Positions 38,336 to 46,366 of a DNA stretch of 64,000 nucleotides are shown piece by piece (positions within the stretch are counted from its first letter, which is position 1; every line of letters begins with the position of its first letter). The translations under genes and the position numbers were made by a program. The DNA is taken from positions 640,001-704,000 of the forward strand of contig CAVYSW010000010.1 in assembly GCA_963771275.1 (NCBI GenBank), given 5' to 3'. The DNA is from an uncultured Gemmatimonadales bacterium (GTDB taxonomy: Bacteria; Gemmatimonadota; Gemmatimonadetes; Gemmatimonadales; GWC2-71-9). The notes under the pieces are model-generated. The model was not told where the DNA came from. It saw nothing but the letters and a program-made list of their open reading frames with translations, and searched no databases.

Positions 38336-40092
38336 CGATGGAGAATGGCGAGATCGCCCGGCTCCTGGCCGACGTGGGGGTCCTGCTCGAGATCAAGGGG
38401 GCCAATCCGTTCCGCGTGCGGGCCTACGAGAACGCCGCGCGCACGGTCGACGAGCAGCCGGTCCCGCTCCGGGATGTGCTGGCCGGCGGTGGCGATCTCA
38501 CGACGTTGCCCGGCATCGGGAAGGACATGGCCGGCCACATCCGGGAGGCGATCGAGACCGGGCGCCTCACGGTCCTGGAAGAGCTGAAGCGAGAGGTGCC
38601 GTACACCCTGGTCGGGCTCGTCCGGCTGCCGGGCGTCGGCCCCAAGCGCGCCCGCAAGTTGTGGGAGGCGCTTGGCGTGGCCACTCTCGAGGAGCTCGAA
38701 GTCGCGGCGGCCGCGGGCAGGATCGAGGAGCTGGAGGGGTTCGGCAAGAAGACCCAGGCGCGGATTCTCGAGGGTATCGCCACCCTGAAGCGAAGAGGCG
38801 ACCGCTTTGGGATCGCCGACGCGGATCAGCTCGTCGCGCCGTTGGTGGCCTACTTGCGACGCCATTCCGGGGTCGCCCGCATCGAAGTGGCCGGCAGCTA
38901 TCGCCGCCGGCTCGAAACGGTGGGCGACATCGACATCCTGGTCATCGCCGCCGCCCCGGGACCCGTGATGCAGCATTTCACCACGTACGGACGGGTGCGC
39001 AAGACCGAGATGGCCGGTGACACGCGCGGTACGGTCGTGCTGGATTCCGGTCTTCAGGTCGACCTGCGGATCCTGCCGGCCGAGAGCTACGGCGCAGCGC
39101 TGCAGTACTTCACCGGCTCCAAGGCGCACAACGTGAAGCTCCGCAAGCGCGCGGTGGCTCACGGACTGAGCATCTCGGAGTACGGGGTGTTCGAGTCGCG
39201 GGAGGCGGCGGTCGAGGGGGACCCCCCTTCCGCCGGCCGGCGCGTGGGTGGAGCGACCGAAGAGGAGGTCTACGCCGCGGTCGGCCTGCCGTGGATTCCG
39301 CCCGAGCTGCGCGAGGACCGGGGTGAGATCGAGGCGGCGGAACGCGGGCTGCCGAAGCTGCTCAGTCCCGACGACATGCGTGGGGACCTGCAGATGCACA
39401 CCACGTGGTCGGACGGCAAGCACTCCATCCGCCAGATGGTGGACGCGTGTGCCAAGCGCGGGTACCAGTACTGCGCCATCACGGACCACAGCAAGACGCT
39501 CGCCATGACCGGGGGGCTCGATGCCCAGGCGCTCAGCGAGCAGTGGCGCGAGATGGATGAGGTCATGGCCCGCCGCTCGGACATCAGACTGCTCCGCAGC
39601 CTGGAGATCGACATCCTGCGCGACGGGTCGCTCGACCTCGAAGACGAGATGATCGCCAAGCTGGACATCGTGCTGGTTGCGATTCACACGCTGCTCGATC
39701 TCCCGCCGGCGCAGCAGACCCGTCGCATCCTGAAGGCGATCGAGCACCCTGCCGTTCACATTCTCGCCCATCCCACGGGGCGGTTGATCAACCGCAGGGA
39801 GCCCTACGCATTCGACCTCAACGAGGTGTTGCACAGCGCCAAGCAGCACGACGTGGCCGTGGAGCTCAATGCGCATCCGCAGCGCCTCGACCTGCGCGAC
39901 ACGCAGGTCATGCTGGCGCGCGAGCTCGGTGTCCGCATCGTGATCGACACGGATGCGCACCAGGTGCGGGAGCTCGAGCTGATGCGGTATGGCGTCGAGC
40001 AGGCCCGCCGCGCGTGGCTCGAGCCGAAGCACGTCCTCAACGCGCAAACCCTCGCGAAGCTGGTGAAGCAGCTCGGGAAGAAGAAGCTGTGA
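38332..40092 (+). CDS. polX: DNA polymerase X / PHP-domain protein
   Basis: NPFRVRAY, AGSYRR..ETVGDIDIL, QVDLR, YFTGSK.HN, PPELRED; PHP motifs DLQMHTTWSDG, TDHS, HPTGR, TDAH. Confidence 0.96.
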   Translation: MTMENGEIARLLADVGVLLEIKGANPFRVRAYENAARTVDEQPVPLRDVLAGGGDLTTLPGIGKDMAGHIREAIETGRLTVLEELKREVPYTLVGLVRLPGVGPKRARKLWEALGVATLEELEVAAAAGRIEELEGFGKKTQARILEGIATLKRRGDRFGIADADQLVAPLVAYLRRHSGVARIEVAGSYRRRLETVGDIDILVIAAAPGPVMQHFTTYGRVRKTEMAGDTRGTVVLDSGLQVDLRILPAESYGAALQYFTGSKAHNVKLRKRAVAHGLSISEYGVFESREAAVEGDPPSAGRRVGGATEEEVYAAVGLPWIPPELREDRGEIEAAERGLPKLLSPDDMRGDLQMHTTWSDGKHSIRQMVDACAKRGYQYCAITDHSKTLAMTGGLDAQALSEQWREMDEVMARRSDIRLLRSLEIDILRDGSLDLEDEMIAKLDIVLVAIHTLLDLPPAQQTRRILKAIEHPAVHILAHPTGRLINRREPYAFDLNEVLHSAKQHDVAVELNAHPQRLDLRDTQVMLARELGVRIVIDTDAHQVRELELMRYGVEQARRAWLEPKHVLNAQTLAKLVKQLGKKKL

Positions 40093-40144
40093 TACGGCGG
40101 GCCAGGAGTGCGGGGACGGCGCCCGCCGGGCCGCTGGCCGGACG

Positions 40145-41377
40145 GTGCATCGCGTGACGCTGCGGGCGGCAGTCGGGCTCGCGATTGTCGTGCTGACCCT
40201 GACCGGCATTGCGCTGGGGAGCCTCCCGACCCTCCGGATGAACCGCGCCACCATCGCGCTGGTGGGGGCGACGGCGCTGGTCGTCGTCGGGATGCTGCGT
40301 CTCGACGAGGCGCTGGGGGCAATTGACCTCAATACCATCGCCCTGCTGTTCGGCATGATGGTGCTGAACGCGAACCTCCGACTCGCGGGGTTCTTCGATC
40401 TCGTCGCGCGCCGCCTCGCGCAACGTGCCCACTCCCCCGCCATGCTCCTGGCGGTGACGGTGCTCGCGGCAGGCACCTTGTCGGCGGTGTTCCTCAACGA
40501 CACGATCGTGCTGGTATTCACGCCCCTCATGCTCGAGGTGACCCGGGCGGCTGGGCTCAATCCCCTGCCCTTTCTCATGGCCGTCGCGACCGCCGCGAAC
40601 GTCGGGTCGGTGGCCACCCTGGTGGGGAACCCTCAGAACATGCTGGTCGGGGTCGCCTCCGGCATTTCCTTCAACCGCTTCCTCCTGCACCTGGCTCCGG
40701 TCGCGGGAGGAGGGCTTGTCGTCGTGATCGCGGTGCTGTGGCTGACGTATCATCGTGCGCTGGCCCCCCGGGCCGTGCAGCTCCACGTGCGAGCCCGTGC
40801 CCGGCCGTTCCGCCCGCTGTTGCGGAAGAGCCTACTCGCTTCGGGGATACTCGTGGTCGTGCTGCTGGCGGGCGCGCCGGTACCCCTCGCGGCCCTCGGC
40901 GCCGCCGGATTGCTGCTGGTCACGCGCCGGGTGCGGCCGGAGCGCGTGTTTCAGGAGATCGACTGGTCGCTGCTGGTGTTCTTCGCCGCGCTGTTCGTCG
41001 TGACGACAGCGGCCCGGCGCGTCGGGCTGGTGGAGGTCGTGTTCGGGTGGATGCCGGACGCACGTGGCAGCGGAGCGGCCCTGGCGGCGGTGTCGACCGT
41101 GTTGAGCAACGTCGTCTCGAACGTCCCTGCCGTACTGCTGCTCCAGCACGTCGTCGTGGCGTTGCCCCACCCGGAGATGGGCTGGCTCACGCTTGCCATG
41201 GCGACCACGCTGGCCGGGAACCTCACGCTCCTCGGCTCGGTGGCGAACCTCATCGTGGCCGAGACGGCGCGCCGCGAGGGCGTCAACCTCTCGTTCGTCG
41301 AATACCTCAAGGCCGGCGTCCCCATCACCCTGCTCACGCTGGTCTGGGGCGTGGTGTGGTTGGGCCTAGTGAGCTGA
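40145..41377 (+). CDS. ArsB/NhaD/CitMHS-superfamily anion permease (YbiR-like)
   Basis: Many TM helices, SAVFLND, ANVGSVATLVGNPQN, IDWSLL, SNVPA, AGNLTLLGSVAN. Confidence 0.88.
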   Translation: MHRVTLRAAVGLAIVVLTLTGIALGSLPTLRMNRATIALVGATALVVVGMLRLDEALGAIDLNTIALLFGMMVLNANLRLAGFFDLVARRLAQRAHSPAMLLAVTVLAAGTLSAVFLNDTIVLVFTPLMLEVTRAAGLNPLPFLMAVATAANVGSVATLVGNPQNMLVGVASGISFNRFLLHLAPVAGGGLVVVIAVLWLTYHRALAPRAVQLHVRARARPFRPLLRKSLLASGILVVVLLAGAPVPLAALGAAGLLLVTRRVRPERVFQEIDWSLLVFFAALFVVTTAARRVGLVEVVFGWMPDARGSGAALAAVSTVLSNVVSNVPAVLLLQHVVVALPHPEMGWLTLAMATTLAGNLTLLGSVANLIVAETARREGVNLSFVEYLKAGVPITLLTLVWGVVWLGLVS

Positions 41378-41387
41378 CGGCGACCGC

Positions 41388-41768
41388 TCAGGCTGCGGCC
41401 GCGCGATCCTCGCGGAGACACTCGAGGGTATGCCGGGCGCCACGTCGGATGTCGGGGTCCCGATGCGACAACAGGCCGACGAGCGCCGCCTCAGCTTCGC
41501 CGACCGATGTCGCGAGCACGAGCAGCGACCCGACCGTCCACATGCGCAACTCCATTCGCCCTTGAATCAGCACCTCACCGGCGGTCGCGGGACGCCATGG
41601 CGCGGCAGGGCGCTCGCTGCGCGCCGATCGTGCGTGACTTGACGGCGGGACCTGCTGGGGGAGTACCGGGATCGGTGATACGGCGAGTCGGGAATCGCTG
41701 CGGGACGGGCGGTTCAATAGTGACGAGAGCCATCCCCAGAAACGATGCAACCGGGCGGCAAGCGGCAT
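41388..41768 (-). CDS. small hypothetical protein with one HEAT-like repeat
   Basis: ATG 41768; C-terminal AEAALVGLLSHRDPDIRRGARHTL resembles a HEAT repeat, the rest is low complexity. Confidence 0.4.
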   Translation of the reverse strand: MPLAARLHRFWGWLSSLLNRPSRSDSRLAVSPIPVLPQQVPPSSHARSARSERPAAPWRPATAGEVLIQGRMELRMWTVGSLLVLATSVGEAEAALVGLLSHRDPDIRRGARHTLECLREDRAAAA

Positions 41769-41900
41769 GGCCGAATATAGCGACGGGCGGCCGGGCAGGT
41801 GAGGCCGGGGTTCAGTTCGCGGCCGCCGAGGGGCTTGGCAGTGCGCTCGGGGCGTTGGAGCTGGGCCCCGCGGAACCGCGCTGCAACACGGGGCAGAGGT

Positions 41901-41932
41901 CGAAACGCGAACGGCCCGGTTCCCCGGGCCGT
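41901..41932 (-). terminator. terminator hairpin after tmRNA
   Basis: 9-bp stem ACGGCCCGG/CCGGGCCGT (41911-41932) followed on the minus strand by TCGCGTTTCG. Confidence 0.65.
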
Positions 41933-41940
41933 ACGTGTGA

Positions 41941-42296
41941 TGGAGGCGCGGGGATTCGAACCCCGGTCCGAGCTTCAATCCAACCCTGTCTCTACGTGCG
42001 TAGGCCGCGCTTGATGTCTTCGCCGCCAGGGGCGCAGCCGCCCAAGCGACAAACGAGCCTCCTTGCAGTCTCGCGTGCCGTGAAGAAGCGCCACGTCACG
42101 CCAGCTTGATTTTTCGATACCCACGCGCCGCCTCAAGCGCGGCTGCCACGTGGGCAGGTGCGGTAAGCCGAAGCTTACGCAGCCAGGGCCAAGTCAGTAT
42201 TGGCAGTTGTGAGTTTCTCAGCGGGTTTTACCAGGACGCCGAGCACCTGGGCACGCAACTGAGCCTTCACGAAACCCGTCGAAACCAGTCGCCCCC
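41941..42296 (-). ncRNA. ssrA: tmRNA, tag peptide (A)ANTDLALAA
   Basis: 5' GGGGGCGACTGGTTTCGACGGG, 3' T-arm GGGGTTCGAATCCCC and acceptor CGCCTCCA with the G3.U pair; tag ORF 42204-42175 GCC AAT ACT GAC TTG GCC CTG GCT GCG TAA. Confidence 0.97.
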
Positions 42297-42381
42297 GAGT
42301 TGTCAAATAGCTCCAGGTAATATAGCCAGGAACGGGCGGGCCGAGGCATGGCGGCCGGGGCTGGACGACACAACGGACCGG

Positions 42382-43833
42382 TCAGCCGCCGTGCCGGTCC
42401 GGCGACTGCCCGGCAGGAGCGGCCACCTCGACCCGGTTGCGGCCCCTCTGCTTGGCGCGGTACAGCGCGGCGTCGGCGGCGGCGTACAGGTTGTCGCGGA
42501 CCGTCGTGGTTCCCGGCACAGCCGCGACGCCGATCGAGCACGTGAGGGGGATCGCCCTGCCCGACCAGTGGGCCGGGGTTGCCTCAACGGCGGCCCGCAC
42601 GCGTTCTGCAACGTCGACCGCCGGTCCGAGGAAGGTGTCCGGCAACCACAGGGCGAACTCCTCGCCCCCGATCCGCGCGGCCACGTCGCGTTCCCGCAGC
42701 GCTGACCGCAGCACCCGGGCGAGATGCCGCAGGGCCGCGTCCCCCGCCACGTGGCCCAGCGAGTCGTTCACCCGCTTGAAGTGATCGAGGTCCACGACCA
42801 GCAGTGCCGCAGCCTCCCCCACCCACAGGGCCATCGCGCCGTCGAGGCCGCGGCGGTTCACGAGCCCGGTGAGCTCGTCGGTCCGTGCGCGGGCCTCGCG
42901 GACGTGGATCGCCTGGAGATGGCCGAGGCGCGGCGTGGCGGCCAGCACCATGTGCAGCACCTCCTCGCGGAGCTCCGGGGAAAGGCCGGAAGGCGGGCCG
43001 AACACCACGAGTGCGCCGACCGGCGCGCGACCGTCCACCATGGGGAACGCCAGCCCCTGCACGTCAGCGCGACGCCGGTCGGGGCGCGGGTGACCGAGCA
43101 GCTCTTCCACCGACATCCCGGCCACCGGCGTGTCGCCTTCCACCGCACGGGCCACCGCCGATTCCGGGAGGACCGATGTGCCCTGCAGGCGCTGGTCGCC
43201 GCCAGTCGACACGCGCGTGACGTGCAGGGCGCCCGTGCTCTCGTTGCGTAGCACCAGGCCGGTGGGGCGTCCGGTGAGCCCGCGGACCTGATCACAGAGC
43301 GCGATGGACGCGGCCTCGATGGTCTCGGGAACCACGAGCCACGACTCCTCGCTCCAGCGCGACGCCCGGCTCGCGCGCTCACTCAGCTGGCTCGCCCCTG
43401 CCAGCCCGGCGGCCAGGCGCCACGCGTCTGCCAGCGCGCGTTCCGCCGTGTCTTCGCCGATCTCGCCGTCGAACACGAGCGCGACGGCGATCCCCTCGTG
43501 CGTCGCCACCACGGTCGCCGGGGCTTCGGTGAGCTGCTGCGGGTACCGGTTGGCGAGGGCGAGACGTGCCGCCGCCACACCGCGATCGCTGACGGCCGTC
43601 GCCACGCCCCGGGGATGCTTGCTGGTGATACTCGTGCCGTCCGCGTGCAGCTGGATCGCGACGATGGCGCGATGTGCCCGGCGCAGCAGGTCGAGCAGGT
43701 GCTCGTGGTCGGTGGGAAGCGGTGCCCCAGGGCCCCGCTCGGGCCGTGACGTGCGGCGACCGATCAGCCAGCCGGCCATGCCGGCCAGCGCCGTCACCAG
43801 CCCCAGGAGCCCGACGGCCGACGAGGTGTTCAC
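42382..43833 (-). CDS. membrane-anchored GAF-GGDEF diguanylate cyclase
   Basis: N-terminal TM helix, GAF-like middle, TDELTGLVNRR, DLDHFKRVNDSLGH.AGD, RIGGEEF, ADAALYRAK..GRN. Confidence 0.92.
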   Translation of the reverse strand: MNTSSAVGLLGLVTALAGMAGWLIGRRTSRPERGPGAPLPTDHEHLLDLLRRAHRAIVAIQLHADGTSITSKHPRGVATAVSDRGVAAARLALANRYPQQLTEAPATVVATHEGIAVALVFDGEIGEDTAERALADAWRLAAGLAGASQLSERASRASRWSEESWLVVPETIEAASIALCDQVRGLTGRPTGLVLRNESTGALHVTRVSTGGDQRLQGTSVLPESAVARAVEGDTPVAGMSVEELLGHPRPDRRRADVQGLAFPMVDGRAPVGALVVFGPPSGLSPELREEVLHMVLAATPRLGHLQAIHVREARARTDELTGLVNRRGLDGAMALWVGEAAALLVVDLDHFKRVNDSLGHVAGDAALRHLARVLRSALRERDVAARIGGEEFALWLPDTFLGPAVDVAERVRAAVEATPAHWSGRAIPLTCSIGVAAVPGTTTVRDNLYAAADAALYRAKQRGRNRVEVAAPAGQSPDRHGG

Positions 43834-43885
43834 GCGCCCGACGGGACGGACATGCGGGACTGCCGACCTCTCAGCACCGAAAGGA

Positions 43886-43907
43886 CCCGGTCAACGCGGT
43901 GGCCGGG
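43886..43907 (-). terminator. possible terminator after tRNA-Arg
   Basis: CCCGGTCA/TGGCCGGG imperfect stem followed on the minus strand by TCCTTTC. Confidence 0.35.
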
Positions 43908-43930
43908 ATGGACGCCGGGGCAAGCGGGAA

Positions 43931-44004
43931 TGCGCCCTGCAGGACTCGAACCTGCAACCCCGAGATCCGAAGTCTCGTACTCTGTCCAGTTGAGCTAAGG
44001 GCGC
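43931..44004 (-). tRNA. tRNA-Arg(UCG), CCA not encoded
   Basis: GCGCCCT-TA-GCTC AACTGGACA GAGT-A-CGAGA CT[TCG]GA TCTCG-GGGTT-GCAGG TTCGAGT CCTGC-AGGGCGC-A; -10-like TATACT at 44021-44016. Confidence 0.96.
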
Positions 44005-44050
44005 GCTCGCGGAGAAGTATAGACACGCCGGCGGAGAGGTTCCAGCGCTG

Positions 44051-44806
44051 TCAGGACAGGTGGTTGATGCGCGACGCGGCGACCGCCGCGCCGAACCCGT
44101 TGTCGATGTTGACGACCGCGATCCCCGAGGCGCAGGAATTGAGCATGGCGAGCAGCGCCGAGATGCCGCCAAACGACGCGCCGTACCCGACGCTGGTCGG
44201 GACGGCGATCACCGGCGAACGGACCATGCCGCCGACCACGCTCGCCAGCGCGCCGTCCATCCCGGCCACGACGATCACGACGCTCGCCTCCCGCAGGGCA
44301 TCGCTGCGGCGGAGCAGACGGTGAATGCCCGCCACGCCGACGTCCGTGAGCCGCGAGACGCGGTTGCCCAGGGCACGGGCCACGACCGCCGCCTCCTCCG
44401 CCACGGCGAGATCGCTGGTGCCGGCGGTGACGACGAGCACCGTCCCCCGGCCGGTCGGGGCCGGCTGCGGCTCCGGCGCGAGATAGACGGTGCGCCCGAG
44501 GGCGTTTCGCTCGGCCCGGGGGAAGCGGCGCGCCAGCTGCTCCTGCACAGCTTCTGACGCCCGCGTGGCGAGGAAGCTCCCGCTTGAGTCAGCCAGGGCG
44601 GCACAGATGCCCTCAACCTGCTCGGGCGTCTTGCCGTCGCACAGCACGACTTCCTGATGGCCCTGCACCAGTGTGCGGGCGTGATCGACGGAGGCGTAGT
44701 CGAGCTCTTCCACCGGGAACCGGGCCAGCTCTGTTAGCGCGGCCTCGGTCGTCATGCGGTTCGCGGCCACCGCCTCGAGCAGCCGGCGGAGACGCTCCGG
44801 GGTCAA
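44051..44806 (-). CDS. larB: nickel-pincer cofactor biosynthesis carboxylase LarB (PurE-like)
   Basis: VDHAR....G..EVV...GKT..Q, TAGTSD..VAEEA, DVGVAGIHRL, AGMDGAL, PTSVGYG, NSCASG..VVNIDNGFGA. Confidence 0.92.
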   Translation of the reverse strand: MTPERLRRLLEAVAANRMTTEAALTELARFPVEELDYASVDHARTLVQGHQEVVLCDGKTPEQVEGICAALADSSGSFLATRASEAVQEQLARRFPRAERNALGRTVYLAPEPQPAPTGRGTVLVVTAGTSDLAVAEEAAVVARALGNRVSRLTDVGVAGIHRLLRRSDALREASVVIVVAGMDGALASVVGGMVRSPVIAVPTSVGYGASFGGISALLAMLNSCASGIAVVNIDNGFGAAVAASRINHLS

Positions 44807-45789
44807 ACGGCGACCGCGCTGCGATCGAGATACGCCTGGAAGACGCGCTCGATCTCGGCCATGGACTCGATCTGCTGGAGCCGGCGACGCAGCTCCGCCG
44901 CGCCGTGGAGGCCCCGCACGTACCAGCCAAGGTGCTTGCGGAACTCCAGGGCCGTCTGACGGTCGTCCCCCTGCAGCTCGAGCTGAAGCCGGGCGTGCCG
45001 CAGCGCAACCGCGAACCGCTCACCGGGGGTGGGGGCGGGCTGCGGGGCGTCACCATCCAGCAGCGCCCGCGCCTGGGTGAAGATCCAGGGATTGCCGAAC
45101 GAGCCCCGCGCGATCATCAGGCCTGCACAGCCCGTTGCGCGCTGCATGCGCAGGGCGTCCTCCGCCGTTCGGATATCCCCGTTCCCGATCACGGGAATGT
45201 CGAGCGCCCCCACCACGGCGGCGATCTCGGGCCAGCTCGCGGTGCCGGCGTACATCTGGGTCCGCGTGCGGGGATGAAGTGTGAGCGCCTGGGCGCCGGC
45301 CTCCTGGCAGCGCAGCGCGATCGCCACCGGGTCGCGCGTCGCCTCGTCCCACCCGCTGCGCACCTTCACCGTGACCGGCAGGTGGGTGGCCGCGCGCACG
45401 GCGCGAATGATGTCCTCCACGAGGTCGAGGTCCTTGAGGCACCCCGATCCCCCGTTCCGGCGCACGACCTTCTTCACCGGGCAGCCGAAGTTGATGTCCA
45501 GGAAGTCGGGCCGGTAATGCGCGGTGACGAGGGCGGCTGCCTCGGCCATGGCAACCGGCCCCGCACCGTAGAGCTGGATGCCGATCGGACGCTCGGGCTC
45601 GGTGAAGAATGCGCCATCGTGTACGGAGCGTCGGCCCCGACGCAGCCCCTCCGAGGAGAGGAATTCCGACACCACGACGTCCGCGCCGAACCCGCGGCAG
45701 AGCAACCGGAACGGTGGCTCCGACACGCCGGCCATGGGGGCCAGGAACAACGGCACCTGTTGGCCGACGGGGAACGGGAACGTCGTCAT
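44803..45789 (-). CDS. dusB: tRNA dihydrouridine synthase DusB
   Basis: LAPMAG, QLYG, DINFGCP..KV, PVTVK.R.GW, H.RT, GNGDI, MIARG..GNPW. Confidence 0.95.
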   Translation of the reverse strand: MTTFPFPVGQQVPLFLAPMAGVSEPPFRLLCRGFGADVVVSEFLSSEGLRRGRRSVHDGAFFTEPERPIGIQLYGAGPVAMAEAAALVTAHYRPDFLDINFGCPVKKVVRRNGGSGCLKDLDLVEDIIRAVRAATHLPVTVKVRSGWDEATRDPVAIALRCQEAGAQALTLHPRTRTQMYAGTASWPEIAAVVGALDIPVIGNGDIRTAEDALRMQRATGCAGLMIARGSFGNPWIFTQARALLDGDAPQPAPTPGERFAVALRHARLQLELQGDDRQTALEFRKHLGWYVRGLHGAAELRRRLQQIESMAEIERVFQAYLDRSAVAV

Positions 45790-45795
45790 GGTGCC

Positions 45796-45825
45796 AATCT
45801 ACGCACCGCCCGCGAGCACCGGCAA
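45796..45825 (-). promoter_or_regulatory. putative dusB promoter (leaderless)
   Basis: Minus strand TTGCCG-N18-TAGATT, 6 nt before ATG 45789. Confidence 0.5.
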
Positions 45826-45833
45826 CCGAGTGT

Positions 45834-45863
45834 TTGACAGTGCGCGCGCTGGGCCGTTACAAT
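45834..45863 (+). promoter_or_regulatory. near-consensus sigma70 promoter for the second EIIA gene
   Basis: TTGACA(45834-45839)-N18-TACAAT(45858-45863), followed by an AAAGGA RBS. Confidence 0.7.
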
Positions 45864-45889
45864 TCGCGGCTGAAAGGACCACTATCTCC

Positions 45890-46342
45890 ATGCGCCTGAA
45901 AGAGTTCATCTCCCCCGACGCGGTTTCCCTGCAGCTCCAGGGCACTGCCAAGGACGACATCCTCCGAGAGCTGATCGGCTTGCTGCACCTCGACGAGAAG
46001 TCCGAGGGCATGCTCTTCAAGATGCTCAAGCGCCGAGAGAACCTGGGGTCCACCGGGATCGGTCGGGGCATCGCGATTCCGCATTGCCGCTCCCTCGTGG
46101 TGAACCGGCTGCGGGTCGCGTTCGGCCGCAAGCCGGAAGGGATCGACTTCCGGGCGATCGACGAGAAGCCGGTCTACAACTTCTTCCTGATCGTCGCGCC
46201 GCCGCTCGAGGTCTCCAACCAGTACCTGCCCGTCCTCGGCAAGATCGCCCAGTTCGCCAAGGAGTCCGACATCCCGGACCGCCTGGCCCAGCTGCAGACT
46301 CCGTCCGAGTTCATGGAACTGCTGGAATCGCGGAGTTTTTGA
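45890..46342 (+). CDS. PTS EIIA (PtsN-like) domain protein
   Basis: RENLGSTGIGRGIAIPHCR, FRAIDEKPVYNFFLIVAP. Start ATG 45890. Confidence 0.92.
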   Translation: MRLKEFISPDAVSLQLQGTAKDDILRELIGLLHLDEKSEGMLFKMLKRRENLGSTGIGRGIAIPHCRSLVVNRLRVAFGRKPEGIDFRAIDEKPVYNFFLIVAPPLEVSNQYLPVLGKIAQFAKESDIPDRLAQLQTPSEFMELLESRSF

Positions 46343-46366
46343 CCGCCTGCGGGCGCGTGCGCGCCG

